Assembly: GCA_040772545.1 (NCBI GenBank)
Contig: JAXGXY010000002.1
Span: 166,521 to 230,520, forward strand
Origin: Christensenellales bacterium
GTDB lineage: Bacteria; Bacillota; Clostridia; Christensenellales; UBA1431
Length of the DNA stretch: 64,000 nt
Direction: 5' to 3'
Of this stretch, positions 19,285 through 28,858 are shown one piece after another. The notes beneath the pieces were generated by a model. That model had not been told where the DNA came from, did no database searches, and was given only the letters and a program-made list of their open reading frames with translations. Each line of letters begins with the position of its first letter. Positions within the stretch are counted from its first letter, which is position 1. The translations under genes were made by a program, and so were the position numbers.

Positions 19285-19955
19285 GGAAGACGAAGGTGGA
19301 GTACGCGGCCGGCATACGACGAAGACGGCAAGGCCATAACGGTTCGTGATTGGACCAGCGGGGGCGATCTGTCCGCCGCCGGTACTCCGGGAGTACTACT
19401 ACACGGATGGATTGCTGAGCTGCCTCGAAGACGTTCGCGGCAGCGAACGGCCGAAGCAGGAGTTCACCTACGACGACCTGAACAGGCTCACCGGAGTGAA
19501 GTACTATGACCTCGACAATTCTGTCGTGCTGGAAGAGTATGCGCTTACCTACGGTGAAAACAAAGATGCGAACCGGATCACGGGGGAAACGGTCACGATG
19601 CGGTACGGCGAGACGCCGGTGACCGTGGAGAAAGAATACACCTACGATGACCTCGGCAGGCTCACGCAGGACATCATCGGCGGGGTCACGACAACTATAC
19701 GTACGATGCCGCGGGCAACAGGCAGACGATGGCCCGGGGCGGTGTGACCTATACATACGTATACGACTACGAGCAAAGCGCCAACGGGACAGACCAACTG
19801 CTCGAGGTAAAGAACGGCGATACGACTGTGGCCGCGTACGAATACGACCTTTCGGGGAACGAGACCGGCAAGGAAGCGGGGGGCGTGACCAACATCTTGG
19901 GCGACGAAGACAACGTCGTGAAGGGCTAAGACTACGAGGCCTACGGCAAGACGGC
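19285..19955 (+). pseudogene. RHS/YD-repeat protein remnant, frameshifted
   Basis: FTYDDLNRLT, YTYDDLGRLT, then after a shift near 19695 YTYDAAGNR, YEYDLSGN, and DYEAYGK after another break. Confidence 0.75.
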
Positions 19956-20399
19956 GGGCGGGCTTTTTTAAGCCCTGCAGTCCGAGTTGGCTTTCTAGGA
20001 ATCTGCATGGGGCGCTTATACAGAAAGGGGAGCCGGTTTGTTTGTCGGTGCCGTGGCTTCCGGCCAACGAAATCATTCCTTTCGCGGTTTGTATGACGCC
20101 TGTCTAGCGTTGAATCTTCAGCAATGCGTCGGCGATTTCAGCGCAGGAGAAGAAAGCATTTAAGAAAATAAGAACACTATGGGCCCAAACAGTTGGTTTC
20201 AAAGCAGCACATCCAGCTTTCATAGCATATGCAAAGAAAGCAGTAAAAACTTAAGGGAGGTAGACAAATGACGAACGAACAATTACCGGCTGGTCCTAAT
20301 GTATGCCCTCGAGACCATCACGTCAATGTCTCTGAGGTCATTCTGCTCAGATTTGTGCCTCATTTAAGCTATAAGGCGCATCCGGGTTTCACCACTTTT

Positions 20400-20627
20400 T
20401 GCCTATGATACGGGCGGTTCCTGAAGGAAAAGGGATTGGACAACATTACCTTCCACCAGTTCCGGCACACGTTCGCGACGATGATGCTGGAGCGAGGGGT
20501 GAACCCAAGAGTTGTACAGGAGTTCCTCGGGCACAAGGACGTCTCGACCACGCTGGGAATATACACTGGTGGCGTGATGAAGGCTGCGGCGGATGAGGCT
20601 GATGAGGCGTTGAGGGGGATGGGGTAA
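20400..20627 (+). pseudogene. Tyrosine integrase C-terminal fragment
   Basis: [10 protein letters not shown]...[18 protein letters not shown] (HxxR, H and catalytic Y); no N-terminal part. Confidence 0.85.
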
Positions 20628-20999
20628 TCACCTCCCCCTTAGTTGAAAAGGGTATAATTTAAACAAGGTGTCGCCTCCTTCTTCAGGTAAGAGATGGAGA
20701 TTCAAATGGTCTTAGATTAAATTATCCTCAAATTTATTATATTCTAGGCGGCGATTCTCCTTTGAGACACTTAAACTGTAGCAAAAGGGAATGGAAGGCA
20801 GGGTATCTGATGTGTGCTCTGTGGGTAATATTATTAAAAGGCCAGGCGCGGATTATTATCAAGCAATCGAAAAAATGCGTCCTTTTTACTTTTAAGACGT
20901 CTTTCTAAATAAAGCCATTATTTTCGGAGAGCATCAGATTTAGGCGCAAAGCATGACTATGTTGCATACAACTTGAACGCAAAAAAAGGGGGCATTAAT

Positions 21000-21446
21000 T
21001 TGAAAACTTTAAAAATCGAATGGAGACATCTGGACGTGCAAGGCGAGACCTGTGATCGCTGCTATGATAAGGGCGAGAACCTTGCCAATGAAGTGAAAAG
21101 ATTAAAACGTGTTTTGGAGCCACAAGGTATAGCGATAGAGTTAACGGAGACAAAGCTGGATGACAGCCAGATCCCGCAATCGAATTCCGTAATTTTTAAT
21201 GGTGTTCCTATTGAAAATATCTTGGATATCGAAATATCCGAAAACTATTGTGATTCCTGTACGGCTTTATTGGGGAAAGAAACATATTGTCGTGCTGTCA
21301 AGTTTGAGGGTGTAGAGTTTGAAGATATCCCTGCTAAAGCAATTCGCCAAGCAGCATATAAAGCATTGGGCATGGAAGAATCTAAGCAAGAAAAATCGAA
21401 CAGAAGTGATTGTTGCTGCGGTGGCAATAGTAACTGTTGTAGTTAA
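21000..21446 (+). CDS. DUF2703-like Cys-rich protein (metal/arsenic-cluster associated)
   Basis: IEWRHL..GETCDRC, SNSVIFNGVPIE, CDSC, YCRAV and a Cys-rich tail. Confidence 0.65.
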   Translation: MKTLKIEWRHLDVQGETCDRCYDKGENLANEVKRLKRVLEPQGIAIELTETKLDDSQIPQSNSVIFNGVPIENILDIEISENYCDSCTALLGKETYCRAVKFEGVEFEDIPAKAIRQAAYKALGMEESKQEKSNRSDCCCGGNSNCCS

Positions 21447-21565
21447 AAGTGTTAAAAATGAATTTAAATGAATGAAGGAGTAGGCGGTTAAGTTGGTAGT
21501 GTCAAATCAAGTTTGCAAAATCAGGGTCTGTAAATAGTTTTGTGCTTCTGCCCGCCCGGCACGGA

Positions 21566-22261
21566 TCAAGCCAGTGAGGATTTGACTTTATCCGGGAAAA
21601 AAACGGAGAGCTGCAAAAGTATCTGCCCCCAGTTTTGCACCCTACCCGTCCATCTTCTTAGCACGTCCATCGTGGCTAAATAAAGCATTTTCTGCAGGGA
21701 TTCGTCGTTTGGGAAAATGCTTTTTCCTTTGGTCACCTTCCGTAGCTGGCGGTGGTAGCTTTCGATCATATTGGTGGTATAGATAATCTTGCGAATCTCG
21801 GGAGGGTATTTGAAGAAGGTAGAAAGCTCTGACCAGTTGGCCCGCCATGAGTTAACGATCAAGGGATACTTGCCGCCCCATGCCGCTTCAAAGCTGTCTA
21901 GCGCCTCCAGCGCCGAGGATTCGGCCGCAGCTGTGTACACGGGCCTGAGGTCGGCCAGCACCTTCTTTACATCCTTGTAGGACACGTACCGCACGGAATT
22001 ACGGATCTGATGGACAACGCATTTCTGTATCTCAGCTTCAGGAAAGCAGGCGGCGATGGCTTCACTGAACCCTTTAAGGTTGTCGACACAGCAGATCAGG
22101 ATATCCTGAACGCCCCGATTGCGTAGTTCGTTGAGAACCACCAGCCAGAACTTCGAGGTTTCATGCTCGCCGATCCACATCCCCAGCACGTCCTTACGGC
22201 CGTCCAGGTCAATACCGATTACCATGTAAGCGGCCTTATTGACGATCGCACCCTCCTGCCG
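21566..22261 (-). pseudogene. IS256-family transposase (IS-B), C-terminal half only
   Basis: GRKDVLGMW, LRNRGVQDILICCVDNLKGF, QKCVVHQIRNS and YTTNMIES motifs; terminal IR GGGTCTGTAAATAGTTTTGTG at 21524. Confidence 0.85.
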
Positions 22262-23227
22262 TTCTTTGTAAGTGACCGAAAACGAAGCGAAGCAGCCATC
22301 CAGGTGGTACAAGAGGCTTTCATAAACGGCGTTTCTACCCGCAAAATACAGCGTCTGGCAAAGAGCCTGGGTATTGAAAATCTGTCGCGTTCCCAGGTAA
22401 GCAACATGGCAAAAGAGATGGATGAGCAGGTGGAGGCGTTCCGCAACCGATCACTTCTTGAAGACAACCGTTACCCCGTGCTTTGGGTGGATGCTCTGTA
22501 TGAAAAGGTACGTTACGACGGGCGTGTTGTCAGCATGGCGATCCTGCTTGTCTGCGGAGTCAATGAAGCCGGGGCAAGGGAGGTGCTGGCCGTCGAGCCT
22601 ATGCTGGAAGAATCCCGTGCAAGCTATGCCCAGCTCTTTGAAAGGCTGAAGGGCCGAGGGCTTACCGCCCCGTCCCTGGTCATTTCGGACGCCCATGCCG
22701 GATTGGTCGCCGCCATACGCGAAAGCTTCCCTGGCGCTTGCTGGCAGCGTTGCAAGGTGCATTTTATGCGCAACATTTTGGTTCATGTTCCGCATAGGGA
22801 CAAGCAGGATTTTGCAGGGAAGCTCAAACAGATATGGCTTGCTCCGGACATGGAGACCGCCCGCAGAAGGGCTGCCGCGCTGGTCGAAGAATATGAGAAA
22901 CGGTTTCCGCAGGCCATTCGAATACTGGAAGACGGGCTGAAGACTCCCTCGCGTTCTTTTGTTTTCCGGCTTTGATTTTCGCAAAACTTCCAGTTCCAAT
23001 ATGCTGGAAAGACTCAATAAAGAAATCAGGCGGCGTACCAGAGTGGTCGGTATCTTCCCGAACCCTGCATCCTACCTGCGGCTGGTCGCCACGTACCTCA
23101 TGGAATATTCAGAAGACTGGTCGTCCGCAAGGGCATATTTGAGCGCACAGTCCATTCAGGACGCCTTTTATCTGCCGCTTGATTTATTCTTATCGGAGTG
23201 ATTTTGCAAACTTGATTTGACACTACC
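22259..23227 (+). pseudogene. IS256-family transposase (IS-A), 5'-truncated and frameshifted copy of 35079-36416
   Basis: Near-identical DNA to the intact copy; single-base losses near 22940 and 22974; ends in IR ...AAACTTGATTTGACACTACC. Confidence 0.88.
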
Positions 23228-23436
23228 GCGATGGCTTCACTAAACCCTTTAAGGTTGTCGACACAGCAGATCAGGATATCCTGAACGCCCCGATTGCGTA
23301 GTTCGTTGAGAACTACCAGCCAGAACTTCGAGGTTTCATGCTCGCCGATCCACATCCCCAGCACGTCCTTACGGCCGTCCAGGTCAATACCGATTACCAT
23401 GTAAGCGGCCTTATTGACGATCGCACCCTCCTGCCG
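23228..23436. repeat. 209-bp direct duplication of 22053-22261 (IS-B internal)
   Basis: Both copies run from GCGATGGCTTCAC to CACCCTCCTGCCG with only a few substitutions. Confidence 0.9.
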
Positions 23437-25519
23437 ACGCCATGGAACTGATTAGGCTGTCGAACAGATATCCTGCCTTTTCATATGCGTTGTTTGCTTC
23501 CAAGTGGTTAGTTTTGGAATACAGCTCCTCAATTATCCGATGGCAGAAGGTGCCTATCATTTGATTTCCGGTAGGGATCGACTGACTTTCCGCTGGTTGG
23601 AGCCCTGCGTGGTATTCAAGTGTCCATTTGAACGGACAACCGATTAATGTGCTCATTTGCGTATAAGACAGTCTCTCTGCTGCCTTGATTACCGAATTCG
23701 GAACAGTATAACTGGCTGTCACCGGAGATGTCTCAGCTTTTTTTACACTCTGCAGCGTCGATTTTCGCCCGGCAAACTGCCAGTCCCCTATATGGCTGAA
23801 GTCACTGCATTCGCTGTAAATATATCTCTTAACAGCATCATTGGGAAACCCATACAAAATTCTCGATGCCGCGCTCCAAATAGTATCCCAATATGGATGA
23901 TGCTCGGATTCTTCACCATCGATCTGCGAGATGTATATGGCTATAAAACGTTTGTCTGCATTCATTAGGCCCTTCTGCCAATCGTAGGCTTCTCGGCTTC
24001 GGAAGCTCCTCGTTTCTTCGAGAAAAATGCCGCATGTTGCCAGAGCTGACCGTTCCTGAGGACTCCAGTAAGTTGGAGATGAAGTAGCAGGCGTATTGAA
24101 GCCCCACCAAATGATTTCGCCTCTTACATCCGTGATTTGCCCCGGGTGATCGACTACGTGCCAAGGGCCAGCTTCTTCGTTAATATCATCCAAGGTATTT
24201 CCAGGTCCTATTATCGTATCCAGCATTCGCTCGAGCGTGATGCGGGGGATACAGCCTTTCCCAAGCGACAGTTTCTGAATTTCCCGTGCTTGATTAATCA
24301 CTTCTGTCAATATAGGCATGTCACCGACCTGCCATGCAAGCCGATCGATCAGTACCTGGCAGCGTTCCCTCAGTTTTGCTTCCGGTATACCCTCAACAGA
24401 ATCAAAGCGATCATTTACCAAAAGCGACTGGATTGACCTAATCAATGCCTCAGCCTTTTCTTCTGATTCAGGATCATCTTTTTCTGCAAGGAAGTCTTTA
24501 TACTTTTCAGATACTTTGCTTAGAGCATGATTCCATGCTCTGCCACCGATGCTCGGTTCTTCGGCAACGGCTTTCAGTATTATTTTGCATACCCATTTGG
24601 GGAACACGGATAAGGTCAGCGAGAGCAATTCGACAACTAGGCGGATATCAACAGGCCGCCAGGCATTAGCCAGCGTCAGGGGAAGTAATTGCTGTATTTC
24701 ACGCCAACGTGAAGGGGCTGTCCGGCCTAGGCGGGGAAGCCCGTGTCGTTTGAGAGCCTGGTCCAAAACGCTGGTATCCATACCGCATATTATGGCCACT
24801 TGATCATTGGCTTCGTTTTTAGATGCCAACCACAGTGCCAGATGCTCAGCCGCCTCCCATTCGTTGTCAGTCTTTAGCAGAATAAGCGTATCATCATCCG
24901 GAGACAATGTACCCTGCACGTCGATACCACCAATCACTGCTTGGATTCGTGACAAATTGCCGCCTTGCGGTCTCCTGTCAGGCATTGACAGGCAGGTTAT
25001 ATTCGTTCCCTGGCTTTGAAGCAGTTCAAACACGTGTCGCCAAGCTGGCGCTAGCATGGATGAAGGCTCTGCCAGAATGATCGATTCGATATGAGCTGGA
25101 ATACCACACTTGAGACATGCGGTTACTCTACGCAACTGGTCGGACCGACCGCCTGATAAGGGAACGTCTGCGCATTCCAATTCGGCTAAAGCATCTAGGC
25201 GAAGTGAACCGGAAGGAATAGCTTGTCCGTCCCAACCGGCTTCCACCAGTTCATCTCGCCATTCCAGCAGCTGCCTTGCAGTCGACCATGGGTCGATCGC
25301 GAAAGATTCGTGAAACCATATAGACTCCCGGTCGATCAGTTGGAGCCGTTTCATATATTCATCTATTCTATATACTGGATGTACCGATTGCATACCGATT
25401 CCAAGTCGTGTTTCCAGAATGCTGAGCAATCCCATTGGTCCAGTCCTAACTTCACCAATTGATGCATTTTCATTGCTCCAGATGGTGCCATCAAGCTGCA
25501 TCCCAAACACAATCCTCAT
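23437..25519 (-). pseudogene. AddB-like PD-(D/E)XK nuclease-family protein, 3'-truncated by IS256 DNA
   Basis: RLSYTQM..LIGCPFKW..EY and IGTFCH mark the start of the nuclease domain. The frame runs into IS-B DNA at 23436, before the catalytic motifs. Confidence 0.7.
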
Positions 25520-25552
25520 ATAGTTCACCTTCTTTTCGCTTTGTGCCTAATA

Positions 25553-26212
25553 CTATTTTCTTCCAATTCGCTGCTTATAGTCTTTTTGTATCTCGTCATT
25601 CCAACCCTCTGGCATGGCGGCGCATTCTCGGAAGGTGGCGACAGCCTCGCTCATTACACGAAAGTTGAGTTCCACGCCCTCGCTGTCAGCGTGATAATTC
25701 TTAGCGCGGTCGGGCGTAATGCCGAAGCGCGAAGCTGTCTGCACAGCGTCGATATTCGCGCCAAGGAAGATAAACTCCCAACCGTATTTTTCCTTCTGCC
25801 GCTCAATCTGCGCCTTGACTTTGTCCGAGCTGTACTCGCGGCTGCTGTTTTCCTCGCCGTCGGTGATGATGACGAACATAACCTTTTCAGCGCGGTAATC
25901 GTCGGCGGTGTGCCGCTGGGCGTTGCCGATTTTGTGTATCGTCTTGCCTATTGCATCAAGGAGCGCGGTTGATCCGCCGACTTGGTACTCCTTTTCGGTG
26001 ATCGGGCTGACCGCCTTGATATCTATACGGTCGTGGAGCAGCTCGTAGTTGTTATCAAAAAGCACCGTTGTGATATGGCATTCGCCATCGACCGCCTGCT
26101 GCTTTTTAAGCATAGTATTGTAGCCGCCTATAGTATCGGTTTCTAACCCACCCATCGAGCCGCTCTTGTCGAGTATAAATACCAGTTCCGTTAATCCTTT
26201 TTTCATTGCCAT
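25553..26212 (-). CDS. von Willebrand factor A domain protein
   Basis: FILDKSGSM MIDAS motif, TALLDAIG, ITDGEENSS, WEFIFLGAN; GAGGAGG RBS. Confidence 0.85.
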   Translation of the reverse strand: MAMKKGLTELVFILDKSGSMGGLETDTIGGYNTMLKKQQAVDGECHITTVLFDNNYELLHDRIDIKAVSPITEKEYQVGGSTALLDAIGKTIHKIGNAQRHTADDYRAEKVMFVIITDGEENSSREYSSDKVKAQIERQKEKYGWEFIFLGANIDAVQTASRFGITPDRAKNYHADSEGVELNFRVMSEAVATFRECAAMPEGWNDEIQKDYKQRIGRK

Positions 26213-26266
26213 GTCCTCCTCAAGTTTTATTATGACTTAAGGATAACAATTTCGACAGGGCAGCTG

Positions 26267-26283
26267 GTCGCTTTAGAAGCGAC
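26267..26283. promoter_or_regulatory. Palindromic operator candidate upstream of the vWA gene
   Basis: GTCGCTT-TAG-AAGCGAC, perfect 7-bp arms. Confidence 0.55.
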
Positions 26284-26286
26284 AAA

Positions 26287-27009
26287 TCAACGGGATAAAT
26301 CGAGTTTTGCGAAGTGGTTTCCCCATGGGCTTTGTAGCATATTATCCAAGCATTCCATGATCCTTACCGCGTGACTCGGTTGCAATGTGAAGATATAGTC
26401 CCGAACTGTACCGCGCTTAAATGTCACGCCTGCTATAACGGCATCTTTTAGGATTGACGTCTCATGCATCCAAGCAAAACGCTGCAAATAGACAGATTCT
26501 TGCTCTCGGCAGCGGTGATTATAGATGATTACACTTTTACCTGCGGCAAAATAATCGCTAATCTCGCTTGAGATCACATATTTATTGCTTTTTGCGGAGC
26601 CAGTGGATACGCTTTTTACCAGCAAACCATTATCAGGGTCGAGGAATATGATGTCCGCGCTAGTTAGCACCTCTAATGCTTTATTATGCCAATCCCTTCG
26701 GGAGAAAGTCCGCGAGGGTGAATAAAGCACTTCATGATAATAAATGGCATTTGGAACAAGATCCAAAGTTTCCAAAGCGGAAACGTTGCGTTGACCGTTG
26801 ACTATTTCTTTTAGTGAGTCTCTCAACGCGTCATCGCATCCATTATATCGCGTGTCTGTTATGTACCCGATATGTTTACCGTCGGCATTATGGCTCTCAT
26901 CGGGAGCAAGATACCAATTTACGCCAAAGTTAAGTTGTGAGCTTGTGAGCTGCCTTAGCAGACCAAGTTTTCCAAAGTCCCCAACGTCTCCAGCATATCT
27001 ATTTTGCAT
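26287..27009 (-). CDS. Conserved-looking hypothetical protein, possible Rossmann methyltransferase-like fold
   Basis: MQNRYAGDVGDFGK start and ADIIFLDPDNG motif; starts 2 nt after the Macro gene stop. Confidence 0.55.
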   Translation of the reverse strand: MQNRYAGDVGDFGKLGLLRQLTSSQLNFGVNWYLAPDESHNADGKHIGYITDTRYNGCDDALRDSLKEIVNGQRNVSALETLDLVPNAIYYHEVLYSPSRTFSRRDWHNKALEVLTSADIIFLDPDNGLLVKSVSTGSAKSNKYVISSEISDYFAAGKSVIIYNHRCREQESVYLQRFAWMHETSILKDAVIAGVTFKRGTVRDYIFTLQPSHAVRIMECLDNMLQSPWGNHFAKLDLSR

Positions 27010-27011
27010 TC

Positions 27012-28043
27012 TCACCCTCCCAACAACGGCTGGTCGTATTTAAACAACACTTCGTTAATCTCAAAAATATCGTAATTGCCGTTGACGATGAAGTACTCGA
27101 CAATCACGTCAAATTTCTGGCTGTGTGACAGTTCATAGCCAGCCCGTTCCAGAAGGTCGTCCGTTTCATCGAGCGACAACTCCAAGGCAACGGCGAGGGC
27201 TACGGCGGTGCGTTTGCTTGGCATGTAGCCTTTGCCGGTTCTGATTTTTGAGAATAGCTTTCGGTCAAGGTTGGCGCGTTTGTAAACTTCCACATCCGTC
27301 TTTTCCTTGGCATCAATCAGCCGCAGGAGCGTCGCGGAGAACGGCTCGTCCAGTTTGCCGACCAAATCATCAAGTGGAACAGGCGGATTAACAGACGGAG
27401 CGAGCATATCTTCGAAAAGAGGCACGTTGTATTTACTAACATCCTCATCAGCTTCGTAAATGGCTTCCCGCTCTACATCAAGCAGTTTTCGCCGCTTTAT
27501 TTGGTGCGTTTCAACATAATGCTCATCAATGTAGCTTTCGACTGCTCCGAGTAGTTCGCGGCTGATGGTGAATGCTGACTTGTCAAATACCACAAGTGTC
27601 ACATCAAGATCGTTATCTTTTAGGAAATCTTGAATTGCCGAGGTAGCCACTTGAAGCGCCTCGTCTTTTGGATAGCCATAGATACCACTTGAAATCAAAG
27701 GAAATGCTATGCTTTCACACTTATTTTCTGCCGCTCTTTTCATCGAGTTCGTGTAGGCTGCGCGGAGGTGTTGCTCGTTCTGCTCCTTGTTCCAATGTTT
27801 ATAGACGGGGCCTGCTGCGTGGATAATGAACTTAGCGGGCAGACCGAATCCCAGCGTGATGATAGCCTCACCCGTCTTAATCGGGGCGAGTTTATCACAG
27901 GCGGCTTGGAGTTCAAGTACTCCCGCAGCTTTGAATATTGCTCCACAAACACCGCCGCCCATTTGCAGATCGGTGTTGGCGGCGTTGACAATGGCATCAA
28001 CTTTCATTTTTGTAATGTCCTGACGGACAATGGTAAATGGCAT
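27012..28043 (-). CDS. Macro domain (ADP-ribose binding/hydrolase) fused to a C-terminal XRE-like HTH
   Basis: DITKMKVDAIVNAAN, GGGVCGAI, AFPLISSGIYGYP; C-terminal VYKRANLDRKLFSKIR; GAGGAGGA RBS before ATG 28043. Confidence 0.85.
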   Translation of the reverse strand: MPFTIVRQDITKMKVDAIVNAANTDLQMGGGVCGAIFKAAGVLELQAACDKLAPIKTGEAIITLGFGLPAKFIIHAAGPVYKHWNKEQNEQHLRAAYTNSMKRAAENKCESIAFPLISSGIYGYPKDEALQVATSAIQDFLKDNDLDVTLVVFDKSAFTISRELLGAVESYIDEHYVETHQIKRRKLLDVEREAIYEADEDVSKYNVPLFEDMLAPSVNPPVPLDDLVGKLDEPFSATLLRLIDAKEKTDVEVYKRANLDRKLFSKIRTGKGYMPSKRTAVALAVALELSLDETDDLLERAGYELSHSQKFDVIVEYFIVNGNYDIFEINEVLFKYDQPLLGG

Positions 28044-28192
28044 ATCTTCCTCCTCGTCGCGATGAATTACCATATATGAAGCATTCGGTAGCTTTTGTTC
28101 TTGATTAACGAGCATGCCAAAGGAATCGCCATTATTTTCAAAATATCATCAAACAGATTTTTATGTCTTCTTGAATCACCACTTTTGGCCTG

Positions 28193-28858
28193 CTACTTTT
28201 CCGGGTATTTATACAACCAGTTCTCCTCGTTATAGCTATTGATATTATCCGTAAGGCGTTGTAGATAAGGCACCGCCTTTTCCTCCTGTGCGTACCACAG
28301 CATAGACTGCCCGAAGCCAAATGCCCTTGTATACTTCTTTGAGGGTACGCTCCATATGTGCCGGTGCCGAGTGCCTTGGGGGAGAAGGACGCAATTAGAC
28401 GAGAGAGCAAGTATATTGTAAAATCGCTTTTCGCTATTATCATCCTTAAATGATTGGTACTTACGAAAAACCGTGGCGTTTTTATACCAGCCTACCACCG
28501 ATGTTTCATTCAGGTCTGAAGTGGCACACCAAATAACGGTAACGCCAGTCACGCACAGCTCTTTATTGAATGAATCCCCAAATCCAAGAATCTTTTCGAC
28601 ATGAAGCTGATTGCTTTTGCTGATGCTTGTGCTTTTAGTTTCCACAAAGCCAAGGCAGTATTCACCCTCCGCAATCATGCCGGAATCGTCTATCCAGTTA
28701 GCAGGAATATCCCGCACAAGGAAGTTGTATTCTTCATGTCCATAGCCGTTTTCCTTTACGAAGCTGCCTCCGTTATAGGGAACATCACTCCGACATGCGC
28801 CTTTGTAATACTTCATACTGGAGATTTTGCAGAAAACAAGACTTTCCACCATGTTCAT
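28193..28858 (-). CDS. Hypothetical protein resembling the N-terminal domain of some HNH/restriction endonucleases
   Basis: FCKISSMKYYKG, GGSF, GHEEYNF, VTVIWCA and VVGWYKNATVFR; ATGA overlap with the helicase stop. Confidence 0.55.
   Translation of the reverse strand: MNMVESLVFCKISSMKYYKGACRSDVPYNGGSFVKENGYGHEEYNFLVRDIPANWIDDSGMIAEGEYCLGFVETKSTSISKSNQLHVEKILGFGDSFNKELCVTGVTVIWCATSDLNETSVVGWYKNATVFRKYQSFKDDNSEKRFYNILALSSNCVLLPQGTRHRHIWSVPSKKYTRAFGFGQSMLWYAQEEKAVPYLQRLTDNINSYNEENWLYKYPEK

Larger units (their letters stand above)
21495..23436. mobile_element. Mosaic of two IS256-family elements
   Basis: IS-A end 21495-21523; IS-B end from 21524 with minus-strand tnp to 22261; IS-A partial copy on + strand 22259-23227; second IS-B piece 23228-23436. 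Confidence 0.85.

Noticed and set aside
1260..19337. Long minus-strand and alternate-frame ORFs (e.g. 2886-5258, 1835-3091, 13561-14688, 18255-19337)
   Set aside because: They are shadow ORFs of GC-rich genes. They overlap motif-rich + strand CDSs and have no recognisable motifs.
20628..20760. Type I toxin-antitoxin-like region with anti-SD/SD motifs (CACCTCCCCC, CGCCTCCTTC)
   Set aside because: The minus-strand ORF after AGGAGG is only 12 codons and not hydrophobic. No toxin ORF was found.
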